A stretch of DNA of 64,000 bases from an uncultured Gammaproteobacteria bacterium (GCA_964540825.1 CAZINT010000003.1:83250-147249); one strand, 5' to 3'; counted from the stretch's first letter, positions 8,986-18,269 are shown. Notes: generated by a model from the sequence alone, not told the origin. Translations and numbers: made by a program.

Positions 8986-10941
8986 ATGAAGCTCGATACT
9001 TTTTTTACGTGGTTTAAAAAAAATAGCCAACGCAAACAAGCCAAGGCTCATTTAGACCACAAATTACTAGGGGCTGTAAATCGCCGTTCCCTCCCCTCGT
9101 TTTCCCAACTCAAGTACGTTGGCCGTTTTTTAGAACCAAAAGAAAAGAAAATTATTGCGATCCTGGGAATAATTTGCGCTGCTGCTGCCCTTGGTCTTGG
9201 GGTCGTATTTTTGTTCACGCACTTTACACCGGTTGCTCGGCAGGGTGGCGACTATAGCGAAGCAATGGTAGGACAGCCTAAATTTATAAATCCCATTTAC
9301 GCCAGTGCAAGCGATATTGACAGCGACCTCAGCGCGCTTACCTACAGCGGCCTGTTTCACTATGTCGGCGGGGAACTTCAGCCTGATCTTGCTGCCTCAT
9401 CGACTTTAAGCCAGGACAAAAAAGTCTATACTATCACCCTTAAGCCAAATATCACCTGGTCAGACGGCGAACCATTCACCGCTGACGATGTTGTCTACAC
9501 CTTTGAAACAATTCAAAATCCCGAAGCCAGCAGCCCGCTCTTGCCCGCTTTCCAAGGAGTACAGATTGAAAAAGTTGACCCCGCTACGGTTCGCTTCACG
9601 CTCAAAGAATCTTTTGCTCCATTTTTAAACAGTCTTACTGTCGGAATTATTCCTGAGCATATTTGGGGAACTATTTCACCGCTCAACCTGAAAGTTACCC
9701 CGCTTAACCTCAAACCGATCGGCACCGGCCCTTGGAAATTCAAAACCCTTATCAAAGACGATTCCGGGACTATTCAGAGCTATGTTTTGTCACCGAACGA
9801 TTTGTATTATGGTAAAAAGCCGTATCTTCAAACCGTTACTTTCAAGTTTTTTGCCGATCCAAATGAAGCAATCAATGCTGTGCAAAACCAATCAGTCTCT
9901 GCAATTAGTTTTGTTCCCAGCAAATCGCAGGACAAACTCAGCAGCAAGAACCTCGTCAGTCATCCGCTTGTTTTACCCCAATATACTGCACTCTTTTTTA
10001 ATCAAGAACGCAGCAACGTCTTGAAAGACGGGGATGTCCGAAAAGCCCTCGCACTCGCTATTAACAAACAAAATATTGTTAACACCGCACTTGATGGAGC
10101 CGGAGAAGTGCTTGACTCCCCGCTACTACCTGGTAGTATTGGCTACTACCCTGATATCAAAAAAGTCGGTTTTGACGTCGACGCGGCCAATGCGCTTCTT
10201 GATAAAAAATGGACACGCATTCAACCTGAAGAATACTTTGCGCTTCGGCGAGCGGCTTTACTTAAAGAAGCCCAGCCTCAAATCGATGCAGCGATCAAAA
10301 GCCCTGCCGAAGGCACCACCGCTTCAAGTACGATCGCTCTTATCGAGCAACAAGTGACTGAAAATGCCCGCGCCGAAATGTCGGCCGACCAAACATTCTA
10401 TCGCAAAGCCAAAGATGGCACACCGCTTACTATTGGCATCACGTTTGTCGAAACGAAAGAATATCAAAAAACAGCTGAACTCTTGGCTAACGACTGGAAA
10501 GCGCTAGGCATTAAAACAACTTTTAACGAAGTGAGCAGCCGCACTATCAGTAAAGACGTATTCAAAAACCGTTCGTTTGATATTCTCCTCTACGGTGAAA
10601 TTATTGGCGGCGACCCTGATCTATTCCCCTTCTGGCATTCTTCACAAACCAGTTACCCCGGCCTCAATCTCGCTCAATTTTCTGACCGCACAGCCGACAA
10701 GCTCCTTGAAGAAGCTCGGGCTACTACCGATACGAGCGCCCGTGACGGCCTCTATAAAAAATTCCAAGATATTTTGGCCGATCAACTGCCGGCAATATTC
10801 CTCTTTACGCCAAATTATAATTTCTTTGTTAACAAAAATATTAAAGGCATAACCGCCAACCGCATTGTCGCTCCCAGCGATCGCTATGCGTCCTTGAGCG
10901 ACTGGTATGTAAAGACAACCTGGAAATGGAAAACTGAATAG
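8986..10941 (+). CDS. ABC transporter substrate-binding protein, family 5 (Opp/Dpp-like)
   Basis: About 650 aa with an N-terminal TM anchor and SBP-5-like sequence throughout. The ORF track starts at 8932, but the ATG at 8986 (MKLDTFF) is the more plausible start; either is possible. Confidence 0.8.
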   Translation: MKLDTFFTWFKKNSQRKQAKAHLDHKLLGAVNRRSLPSFSQLKYVGRFLEPKEKKIIAILGIICAAAALGLGVVFLFTHFTPVARQGGDYSEAMVGQPKFINPIYASASDIDSDLSALTYSGLFHYVGGELQPDLAASSTLSQDKKVYTITLKPNITWSDGEPFTADDVVYTFETIQNPEASSPLLPAFQGVQIEKVDPATVRFTLKESFAPFLNSLTVGIIPEHIWGTISPLNLKVTPLNLKPIGTGPWKFKTLIKDDSGTIQSYVLSPNDLYYGKKPYLQTVTFKFFADPNEAINAVQNQSVSAISFVPSKSQDKLSSKNLVSHPLVLPQYTALFFNQERSNVLKDGDVRKALALAINKQNIVNTALDGAGEVLDSPLLPGSIGYYPDIKKVGFDVDAANALLDKKWTRIQPEEYFALRRAALLKEAQPQIDAAIKSPAEGTTASSTIALIEQQVTENARAEMSADQTFYRKAKDGTPLTIGITFVETKEYQKTAELLANDWKALGIKTTFNEVSSRTISKDVFKNRSFDILLYGEIIGGDPDLFPFWHSSQTSYPGLNLAQFSDRTADKLLEEARATTDTSARDGLYKKFQDILADQLPAIFLFTPNYNFFVNKNIKGITANRIVAPSDRYASLSDWYVKTTWKWKTE

Positions 10942-10951
10942 AATCGGTCTT

Positions 10952-11033
10952 GCGGACGTGGCGGAACTGGTATACGCGTACGTCTCAGAAGCGTATGGAG
11001 CAATCCTTGGGGGTTCGAGTCCCCCCGTCCGCA
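10952..11033 (+). tRNA. tRNA-Leu (anticodon CAG), type II with a long variable arm
   Basis: Acceptor GCGGACG/CGTCCGC, 3-bp D stem, anticodon loop CTCAGAA, T arm GGGGG-TTCGAGT-CCCCC, discriminator A, CCA not encoded. It starts 11 nt after the SBP stop. Confidence 0.7.
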
Positions 11034-11187
11034 CAACACTGAATTAACAATGAACACAGAGCAAGTAACCACTCACTTGTTAGTTGTTTATTGCTCATTG
11101 TTAATTTAAAAGTTTTTCTTCTTAATTTTATTTTTTGAATTACAGAATCTTCATTCTCTAATTTGAGCTAAGCATTACGTCTATCGT

Positions 11188-13203
11188 ATGAACCCAACAC
11201 CACACACCCCGCTCTCCCCGCTTGATCTTGGGAAGCCAGCCCACCAACCACGCCCCCCAGCCAAACCTCGTGCAGCCGGTACGTTTAACCAGCCCAGCCG
11301 CCCGGCTCCACGGCCCTTTGCCCAAAAGCCAGCGCAGGCCCAAACACCGCGCAGCAATTTTGGCGTACCCGCCTACGCTAAAAAGGCGCCGCTAGCACAC
11401 CCAGCACCGACCCCAAAGCCGGTGAGTGCAAAACCTTACCCGCCTACCTTTCAACCACGCAATCGCTTCACGACCCCACAATCACCTAAAACCCCGGTTG
11501 TACCGATGACGTTTAAACCTACAACTATCGGCAGCGGTGCCGGCACGCTGCGCATTATTCCTGTTGGGGGCTGTGAAGAAGTCGGCCGCAACATGACCAT
11601 TTTCGAATATGGCGATGATATTCTTATCCTCGACATGGGCGTACAGTTCCCGGAAGAAGACATGCCGGGCATCGACTATGTTATTCCCAATACTAAATAC
11701 TTAGTCGGTAAAGAAAAAAATATTCGCGGCGTTATTTTTAGCCACGGCCACCTTGACCATATTGGCGCTGCTCCGATTCTCCTTGAGAAACTCGGCAATC
11801 CGCCAATCATTGCCATGCCGCTCACGATCGCGATGATCAAACACCGCCAGGAAGATTACAAAAAAGATACCGGTGCGAAACTGCGCACTATTCCGGTCAA
11901 AACAATTAACGACGTCATTAAGCTCGGCGCCTTTACCGTTAAATTTTTCCAGGTTGAACATTCCATCATGGACTCGATGGGTACGATTCTCGAAACCCCG
12001 GCTGGTACTGCGATTCACGCAGGCGACTGGACTATGGAGCGCGAAGAAGATGGTTCGACCCACATTCGCTACGAACAATTGCAGAATGTAAAACGCCCGA
12101 GCGTTCTCATGCTGGAGAGCCTTGGCTCCATTCGCGAAGGCCGCCACGCTACCCACGAAGAGTTGTACAGCAACTTAAGTGAAATCCTCGAAAACGCTCC
12201 TGGCCGCGTGATTCTGGCTACGTTCTCGTCCATGGTCGAGCGCGTTAAATGGGTGCTCGAAGCCGCTCAAAAACTCAACAAGTTTGTTGCCCTCGCCGGG
12301 TACAGTATGAAAATGAATATCGAAATCGCGCGCGAGCTTGGCTATATCAAAGTCGGCAAAGGCGTGCAGATTGACATTCGAGATATTGGAAAATACCCGG
12401 ACGATAAAGTCGTGCTCGTTTGTACCGGTGCGCAAGGCGAAGAAAACGCTGCGCTCAACCGTATCGCCAGCGGCGAACACAAAGATATCAAATTCCAAAA
12501 GAATGATACGGTTATTTTCTCGTCATCGGTTATTCCCGGCAACGAACGCACGGTCCAGCGCCTTAAAGATAATATTTATCGCCAAGTCGATAACGTTATT
12601 CATGGCGACCTTATGGATGTGCACGTTTCCGGTCACGGCACGCGCCGCGACATTGTCGACATGATCAACCAGGTACGCCCGGACTTTTACGTTCCGGTCT
12701 ACGCCAACCACTTCTTCCTCAAAGAAGCCCGTAATTTAGCCATCAAAAACGGCTACCCGGCTGACCGTATTTTCGTCCCCGACAACGGCACGGTGATGGA
12801 ACTCGCGGCTGGTAAAATTAAAGTACTGCCAAAAAAGATTCCGACTGAATATGTGTTCGTTGATGGGCTCGGCGTTTCTGACTCGCAGCACGTCGTCCTG
12901 CGCGATCGTCAGGTACTGGCCGAAGATGGTATGGTGGTTATTATCGCCACCATCGATACCAAGAGCGGCAAACTCATTCAGAATCCGGATATTATTTCGC
13001 GCGGTTTCGTCTTCCTCAAAGACCACAAAGATTTGATCGAAGATTTGCGCCACCGTGTGAAGAAAATGGTCGTTGAATCTGACCCCTTATCATGGGCCGA
13101 CACCAATACCATTCGCAACAAGATTCGTGATTACGTTGGTCAATTCTTGTTTACCAAAACCGAGAAGCGCCCGATGATTCTTCCGGTCGTAATTGAAGTC
13201 TAA
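11188..13203 (+). CDS. rnj: ribonuclease J (metallo-beta-lactamase / beta-CASP) with a Pro-rich N-terminal extension
   Basis: HGHLDHIGAAP motif and full-length beta-CASP-like sequence. The first ~120 aa are low-complexity and P/A-rich. Confidence 0.9.
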   Translation: MNPTPHTPLSPLDLGKPAHQPRPPAKPRAAGTFNQPSRPAPRPFAQKPAQAQTPRSNFGVPAYAKKAPLAHPAPTPKPVSAKPYPPTFQPRNRFTTPQSPKTPVVPMTFKPTTIGSGAGTLRIIPVGGCEEVGRNMTIFEYGDDILILDMGVQFPEEDMPGIDYVIPNTKYLVGKEKNIRGVIFSHGHLDHIGAAPILLEKLGNPPIIAMPLTIAMIKHRQEDYKKDTGAKLRTIPVKTINDVIKLGAFTVKFFQVEHSIMDSMGTILETPAGTAIHAGDWTMEREEDGSTHIRYEQLQNVKRPSVLMLESLGSIREGRHATHEELYSNLSEILENAPGRVILATFSSMVERVKWVLEAAQKLNKFVALAGYSMKMNIEIARELGYIKVGKGVQIDIRDIGKYPDDKVVLVCTGAQGEENAALNRIASGEHKDIKFQKNDTVIFSSSVIPGNERTVQRLKDNIYRQVDNVIHGDLMDVHVSGHGTRRDIVDMINQVRPDFYVPVYANHFFLKEARNLAIKNGYPADRIFVPDNGTVMELAAGKIKVLPKKIPTEYVFVDGLGVSDSQHVVLRDRQVLAEDGMVVIIATIDTKSGKLIQNPDIISRGFVFLKDHKDLIEDLRHRVKKMVVESDPLSWADTNTIRNKIRDYVGQFLFTKTEKRPMILPVVIEV

Positions 13204-13352
13204 CGGTTTTCCACAAAAAACTTGGCTAAATGAGCCAAGTTTTTTTGTTTTTTGCATATTTTTTCCCCACACGAAAAGCATTGTTGACAGTTCAAAAATA
13301 TGCTATAGTGGCGGCATTGTGCAAAATATTTTTACTGGTACGGACAGCTATC

Positions 13353-13381
13353 TTGACAAAACACCAATTTTGTGCTAGCGT
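13353..13381 (+). promoter_or_regulatory. sigma70 promoter TTGACA-17-TAGCGT with TGn (cassette D)
   Basis: TTGACAaaacaccaattttgtgcTAGCGT, with a spacer near-identical to the promoter at 2737. Confidence 0.55.
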
Positions 13382-13480
13382 TACTATCTGCTCTTTATAT
13401 GTGTCGGGTGTGACAGTTGTAAAATAATTTTTATTTTCCAGCTATCACACTCAACACAAACTTTTTTACTGGAGGCCGTC

Positions 13481-13831
13481 ATGGCAGGTCATCGCTATAC
13501 TCGGGGCTTCCGTTTGAGCGAGCCCCTCATGAACGTGGTGCTCGATGCGCACCACCTCTTGAACGGAACGACTGAGGTGTTTCGCACCCACATGGACCGC
13601 GTTCTTGAAGCGCTGCGGGAAGGCCATCTTCACGAAGTTGATTACTTCGTGAACCAGGCGGTTGACGTGCTCAGCCAGGTTGGCCACGAGCTGTCCGATG
13701 AGCACAAGACAGAGATCGCGAACTTCGCGAACTTGGTTCGTAGCCGCGCCAAGGCCCTCGCTGCCGAGATCGAGAGCGATCTCACTGCCGAGCACCGGCC
13801 CGAACCCCTTTCTTACTACGCCCACGACTGA
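13481..13831 (+). CDS. hypothetical protein (high-GC cassette D)
   Basis: 116 aa with a GGAGG SD 7 nt upstream. The antisense ORF 13466..13894 was rejected because it has no SD or promoter. Confidence 0.5.
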   Translation: MAGHRYTRGFRLSEPLMNVVLDAHHLLNGTTEVFRTHMDRVLEALREGHLHEVDYFVNQAVDVLSQVGHELSDEHKTEIANFANLVRSRAKALAAEIESDLTAEHRPEPLSYYAHD

Positions 13832-13840
13832 CCCGCCCCA

Positions 13841-13920
13841 GGTCACCGGCCGAGCCTCATCAACTCGCCCGGTGACCGTCCTCTCAACTTTCAACAGACT
13901 TAATAGGTCTTTTTTTATTT
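13841..13920 (+). terminator. GC-rich long hairpin followed by an AT-rich intrinsic terminator
   Basis: GGTCACCGG...CCGGTGACC (9-bp stem), then AGACttaataGGTCT followed by a T7 run. Confidence 0.45.
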
Positions 13921-13938
13921 AATAAACAAGGCTCAGGC

Positions 13939-13967
13939 TTGACTTTTTTCCCCAAAAAATATATTAT
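13939..13967 (+). promoter_or_regulatory. sigma70 promoter TTGACT-17-TATTAT for tRNA-Glu
   Basis: Read directly. The palindrome GTTCAAtTTGAAC at 13974-13986 lies between the -10 and the tRNA. Confidence 0.5.
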
Positions 13968-13994
13968 AGTCACGTTCAATTTGAACACGATAAC

Positions 13995-14066
13995 GGCCCC
14001 ATCGTCTATCGGTTAGGACATTGCCCTTTCAAGGCGAAAAGACGGGTTCGACTCCCGTTGGGGCTA
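13995..14066 (+). tRNA. tRNA-Glu (anticodon UUC)
   Basis: Cloverleaf read directly: acceptor GGCCCCA/TGGGGCT (G1-U wobble), anticodon loop CTTTCAA, T arm ACGGG-TTCGACT-CCCGT, CCA not encoded. Confidence 0.8.
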
Positions 14067-14073
14067 CAGAATT

Positions 14074-14103
14074 AAAAACAGCTTGTTTAAGCTGTTTTTA
14101 TTT
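14074..14103 (+). terminator. rho-independent terminator after tRNA-Glu
   Basis: aaaAACAGCTtgtttaAGCTGTTtttattt. Confidence 0.6.
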
Positions 14104-14162
14104 ACATCAATTCGATTTGAATGGTAGACTATTCTTGATCCAATCATCCTTAAAAAACTTCT

Positions 14163-14795
14163 ATGGAACCCCAAGATATCACCCGGCATACCCTGGAGGC
14201 TTATGAAAGAAAGGCGGATAAGAAATTTTTTCCCGCTGCTGAAACTTCGGCACCGGCACACGACTTGGCCACAGAACTTAAATTACGTTTTTTAGAATCA
14301 ACTCGTAAATCACTCTCTTTTTATAGCGGCACCTTTAGCGAGGAAGAAATAAGAGATATTACCCGACAGGAAAAGGATATGCTGAGTATTGAAATATACG
14401 ACAGTCATGATTTAGCACAAAGCCGATTAAGAGATTTTGGCTATTCAAAAGCAGCGGAACAAATCTTACCTGATGAGACATTGCTTGTGATCCATCTGTC
14501 TGAACCGATGAGAGAAAAATTTCCAGAAGAACCAGGGCTTGACCTCTCCCATCAACAAAAGGTGTGGAAAGAAATTTATGAACAAACGATACCGCAACTT
14601 TGGAGATTGCGCGACACCTTTGCGGATCAGTTTGGTGTTCATATTGAACGAATAAACCCTGTGGCCACGCATGATCCAAACAATTATTACTATTTATGGG
14701 TTGTTTCACCGGCTGGACGCAAACCCATAGAGGTATGGAGCGTCTCAGACTCTGAACACGGAGGAAACAATGCTCATTCGCGGACCGCCGAATAA
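14163..14795 (+). CDS. hypothetical protein
   Basis: 210-aa ORF with no SD and no recognisable motifs. Confidence 0.45.
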   Translation: MEPQDITRHTLEAYERKADKKFFPAAETSAPAHDLATELKLRFLESTRKSLSFYSGTFSEEEIRDITRQEKDMLSIEIYDSHDLAQSRLRDFGYSKAAEQILPDETLLVIHLSEPMREKFPEEPGLDLSHQQKVWKEIYEQTIPQLWRLRDTFADQFGVHIERINPVATHDPNNYYYLWVVSPAGRKPIEVWSVSDSEHGGNNAHSRTAE

Positions 14796-14966
14796 AGTAG
14801 GCGGCGCGACAAAGAACGACTCGCACCCCTACCTTAGTTTCTTAAATAGAGACTGAGGCAGGAGTTAAACCGCGAGTTGTTTTTTATTTCACAAATAGAC
14901 CAAAATGCAATTGAATTATTGTTACAATAAAAATATTTTGTTATTCTTATAGAGCTATTTTGTACT

Positions 14967-15812
14967 ATGCAAATAAATTATAACGGACGCAGAGGGGTTC
15001 TAGCCACCATGCATGAAAAAGAAAAAGTTATTGGTCCTGTTTTACAGCAAGAACTTGGTCTGGCTATTTTTGTTCCGGAAAAATTTAATACGGATGTCTT
15101 TGGCACTTTTACCCGCGATATCAAACGAGCCGGAGACCAGCTGGAAGCAGCGCGCGCCAAAGCGATCGCCGCCATGCACGCAACCGGCGCGACTATTGGC
15201 ATTGCCAGCGAAGGCAGTTTTGGCGAACACCCGGCAAGTGCGCTGATACCATACAACACCGAGATAGTTATGTTTATCGACAAAGAACGTGAGCTTGAAG
15301 TGATCGGTCGCCACGCTTCTTCTACAACCAACCTGAATCAACGATACGTTCGATCGTGGGAAGCGGCAGCGGCATTTGCTCGCGAAGTTGATTTTCCTAC
15401 GCACGGCGTTATCGTCCGTAAAAATGAAAAAGATACTCGCTCGATGGTCAAAGGAATCACTGATTGGAATGTGCTCGAAAAAGAAGTAAAAAAATTATTA
15501 TCGAAATTTTTTGTCAGGAAAATCTTTTTAGAAACCGACATGCGAGCGCTCCATAACCCAACACGCATGGAGCATATCAGGCTTGCGGCACTTGATCTCG
15601 CCAAGCGGCTAAAAACACCTTGCCCGAAGTGCAGGAAACCAGGCTTTGGGTACAGTGGCACAAAAGGCGGGCTGCGCTGCGAACTGTGCGGTTCACCAAC
15701 CGACACAACCAGCGCCACACTATTTACCTGCCCGTCATGTGCACATACACAAGAAGAACTCGTGCCCGAACGTGCTGCCCCGGCTATGGAGTGTGCGAAG
15801 TGTAATCCTTGA
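14967..15812 (+). CDS. hypothetical protein with a C-terminal double zinc-ribbon (four CxxC pairs)
   Basis: CPKCRKPGFG...CELCGSP and CPSCAHT...CAKCNP lie in the last ~70 aa. The N-terminal ~200 aa are unrecognised. Confidence 0.5.
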   Translation: MQINYNGRRGVLATMHEKEKVIGPVLQQELGLAIFVPEKFNTDVFGTFTRDIKRAGDQLEAARAKAIAAMHATGATIGIASEGSFGEHPASALIPYNTEIVMFIDKERELEVIGRHASSTTNLNQRYVRSWEAAAAFAREVDFPTHGVIVRKNEKDTRSMVKGITDWNVLEKEVKKLLSKFFVRKIFLETDMRALHNPTRMEHIRLAALDLAKRLKTPCPKCRKPGFGYSGTKGGLRCELCGSPTDTTSATLFTCPSCAHTQEELVPERAAPAMECAKCNP

Positions 15813-15882
15813 AGCAATAGGCCGCTTTAAATAGCAATTTTAATTGTTTTTGTTCAAACAAAAATTATCCACTCCACCTAAT

Positions 15883-15911
15883 TTGACACGAACTTTTACC
15901 AGGTATACTAT
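15883..15911 (+). promoter_or_regulatory. sigma70 promoter TTGACA-17-TACTAT for lexA
   Basis: TTGACAcgaacttttaccaggtaTACTAT. The GTATAT-ga-GTATAT direct repeat at 15914-15927 overlaps the expected TSS. Confidence 0.5.
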
Positions 15912-15936
15912 GTGTATATGAGTATATTTGTGTAAT

Positions 15937-16590
15937 ATGTCTAACATCACACCAAAACAACAAAAAGTCCTTGATGTCCTGCGAACCTATATCGCGCGGC
16001 ATAAACAGGGGCCAACTATTCGAGAACTGCAGGAACAGCTGCAGCGCTCCGGCCTTAAGGCGAGCAGCTCGCGCTCGGTCACCCAATATTTGGACCAGCT
16101 GGGGAGCAACGGCTTTATACGCCGCACCGGGCAGGATCGGGGCATCACCATCGTGGAACGTGCTGCAGCCGATAACTTAGTCCGCATACCCATCCTCGGC
16201 ACGGCCAACGCCGGTCAGCCGGTCGCTTTTGCCGAAACTGATTACCAAGGATACTTGCCGGTATCCAAAAAGCTTATCAAGAATACCGGACAGTCACTGT
16301 TCGCCGTAAAGATTTTTGGAACGAGTATGAACCTCGAAAAAGTCGAAGGTGGAAATTTGGAAAATGGTGACTACGCCATTGTTGATAGCAGCAAAAAAAG
16401 CAAACAAAACAACAAGCCCTTTCTGTTTACCGTCGAAGACTGCGCCACCATCAAATCCCTCCGCCAAGAAGGAGATGAAGTTACCCTACTGCCCAATTCG
16501 AGCGAAGAACACGAACCGATCTATTTACACAAAGATGACAACGTCCAAATTCTAGGACAAGTCGTACGAGTATTTAAGAGAAAAAAATAA
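15937..16590 (+). CDS. lexA: LexA repressor (S24 peptidase)
   Basis: N-terminal winged HTH, Ala-Gly cleavage site (ANAGQP), Ser nucleophile in FGTSM, and Lys in ATIKSLRQEGDEVTLLPNSSE (compare E. coli VTVKRLKKQGNKVELLPENSE). The ORF-track start at 15928 is a TTG. Confidence 0.8.
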   Translation: MSNITPKQQKVLDVLRTYIARHKQGPTIRELQEQLQRSGLKASSSRSVTQYLDQLGSNGFIRRTGQDRGITIVERAAADNLVRIPILGTANAGQPVAFAETDYQGYLPVSKKLIKNTGQSLFAVKIFGTSMNLEKVEGGNLENGDYAIVDSSKKSKQNNKPFLFTVEDCATIKSLRQEGDEVTLLPNSSEEHEPIYLHKDDNVQILGQVVRVFKRKK

Positions 16591-16700
16591 ACGCAGGGTG
16601 CTTTGCCGGCGAACCTGCGTCTATCTGCTAAGAAGATTGGTCTTTCGACCAAGCATCTCTTTTTTTAACCCTAACATATTAATTTTTTAATGTAAAGCAT

Positions 16701-16937
16701 ATGCTACAGCAACCATACATGGTGAAACGGGCTAACGGATGGATGGTACTTGGAAAAGGTACCTCCCAGAATCTCGTTCGAACAAGAGCACAGCACAAAC
16801 GACTACAATCACTCGGAAAATTAGTATCCGCCACAGGGCAAGGTTTGCTGTTCAAGGTTGAAAAGATTGGATTACCGATTCAATTCCGTCTCGCTATGGC
16901 CCAAAGACTTCACAAGCTCGGAAATTTCAATGCTTAA
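16701..16937 (+). CDS. small basic hypothetical protein
   Basis: 78-aa ORF with no SD, flanked by hairpins. Weak. Confidence 0.25.
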   Translation: MLQQPYMVKRANGWMVLGKGTSQNLVRTRAQHKRLQSLGKLVSATGQGLLFKVEKIGLPIQFRLAMAQRLHKLGNFNA

Positions 16938-17188
16938 TATCTTTGTTACGTATTTCTATGCATTATGCGTTTCGCCAATAAAAAAGACGCATGACTGTTT
17001 ACATCACTGCGTCTTTCCTGCGAGTAGGTACTACTCAGCGTGATAATTGGTAGTATAGCAGGTTCTGACTGATTAAACAAATAGACGAAGAGGGATAAAG
17101 ACAATGCTTGTCTTTTTATCAGTAGCATCTTTCAACAGAACAGCCTCCTCTGCACCAGGGGGTTGTTTTTTAAACACCCCCTTTACCA

Positions 17189-17216
17189 TTTGACTTTTTA
17201 AAAAAATATGATAGTA
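17189..17216 (+). promoter_or_regulatory. sigma70 promoter TTGACT-16-TAGTAT (cassette E)
   Basis: Read directly. The 10-bp perfect palindrome TTCCCGGGAA at 17234-17243 lies between the -10 and the SD. Confidence 0.5.
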
Positions 17217-17261
17217 TCAACTGTTTCCTGAATTCCCGGGAAACGTTAACAAGGAGGAACC

Positions 17262-18269
17262 TTGGAACCCAAAGAACAGGCCTTTCAGCTCCATCGGCGT
17301 CTTGATACCGTGCGTGGAGGAAGCGACCCGGAGTCCCGGGCCGACATCTTCCTCAGCGTCCTTGCCTCGGAAAATCTCGCTCTCATCCGGCGACTCCCCG
17401 AGCTCTGCCCGCTGTCGCCGGACGAACAATCCCTCGTGGTCGGCTGGGCTGAACAGGCCGCAGCCAGCGAGGAAGTGAGCCGGCGGGACTTCGTGTTCCA
17501 CCTACTCATCAACTGCGAGATTGAGCCGACGCTCATCCTGACGCTCCTCGAGTCGCACCAGACCTTCAGCAAAAGCGTGCTCAGCCGAATCGAAGCGACG
17601 CTTCTCACGGGAGAAGGCTCGGTCCAAGAGCGGGCTGTGACCCTGCTCAAAGAGAGCGCGGAAGAATTGCTCGGCTCGAGCGATATCAAGAAGCGCGATC
17701 GCGGCAAGCACATGCTCATCACGAGCGCCGGTGCGAGCAGCGACTGGCAGGCGCTCGCCAAGCGCCTTAGCACCAGCGACATCATCGATCTGCGTCAGCA
17801 CGTGCTTGAACGCTTTCTTGATGAATGCCGCGACATGGCGTCGGTGAACCTTTTCGCTGCGAATGTTGCCACGTGGTGTCTCGGGCAGCTGGAACGCTTC
17901 AGAAAGTGCGATCGGCAGGAGGCAACCTGGGCACACTGGGTAGTCACCTGCTACGAACACGTAGGCGATGAAGCAAAGCTCAAGAGCGCGGCGCGAGCGA
18001 TCACCAATCACTTCGGCAGGCAATTGCCGCAGTCGCTGAGCTTCCGCACGAGCAAGTACCTGCCACAGTCCAAACCGGTTAGCCAGACAAACTTTTCGTG
18101 GGAACTGCCACGAAACACTACCGCTTCCGAAAACGAGCCGACGCCCGAGTCGGTTGACGAAGCACTCCGAAACGACTGGGCCATTAGCAAAGACAACGGC
18201 AGGCAAGTCGTTCTGACGAAAACGGGAGAGAACGGCAAGCGTCGTTCCATCACCCTCTACAGGAGCTAA
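17262..18269 (+). CDS. hypothetical protein (high-GC cassette E), TTG start
   Basis: 335 aa with an AAGGAGG SD 4 nt upstream of TTG. The antisense ORFs 17285..17785 and 17502..18206 were rejected as GC-driven artefacts. Confidence 0.5.
   Translation: MEPKEQAFQLHRRLDTVRGGSDPESRADIFLSVLASENLALIRRLPELCPLSPDEQSLVVGWAEQAAASEEVSRRDFVFHLLINCEIEPTLILTLLESHQTFSKSVLSRIEATLLTGEGSVQERAVTLLKESAEELLGSSDIKKRDRGKHMLITSAGASSDWQALAKRLSTSDIIDLRQHVLERFLDECRDMASVNLFAANVATWCLGQLERFRKCDRQEATWAHWVVTCYEHVGDEAKLKSAARAITNHFGRQLPQSLSFRTSKYLPQSKPVSQTNFSWELPRNTTASENEPTPESVDEALRNDWAISKDNGRQVVLTKTGENGKRRSITLYRS

Noticed and set aside
10642-11072. Minus-strand ORFs 10642..11034 and 10884..11072
   Set aside because: They overlap the 3' end of the SBP gene and the tRNA-Leu gene. 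Spurious.
13466-13894. 142-aa minus-strand ORF as the real gene of cassette D
   Set aside because: The plus-strand 116-aa ORF is preceded by a consensus promoter and a GGAGG SD at ideal spacing. The minus ORF has neither and would run into the tRNA-Glu promoter.
17285-18206. Minus-strand ORFs 17285..17785 and 17502..18206 opposite cassette E
   Set aside because: No SD or promoter and an Arg/Ser-rich wrong-frame composition. The plus-strand ORF has an AAGGAGG SD and an upstream promoter.
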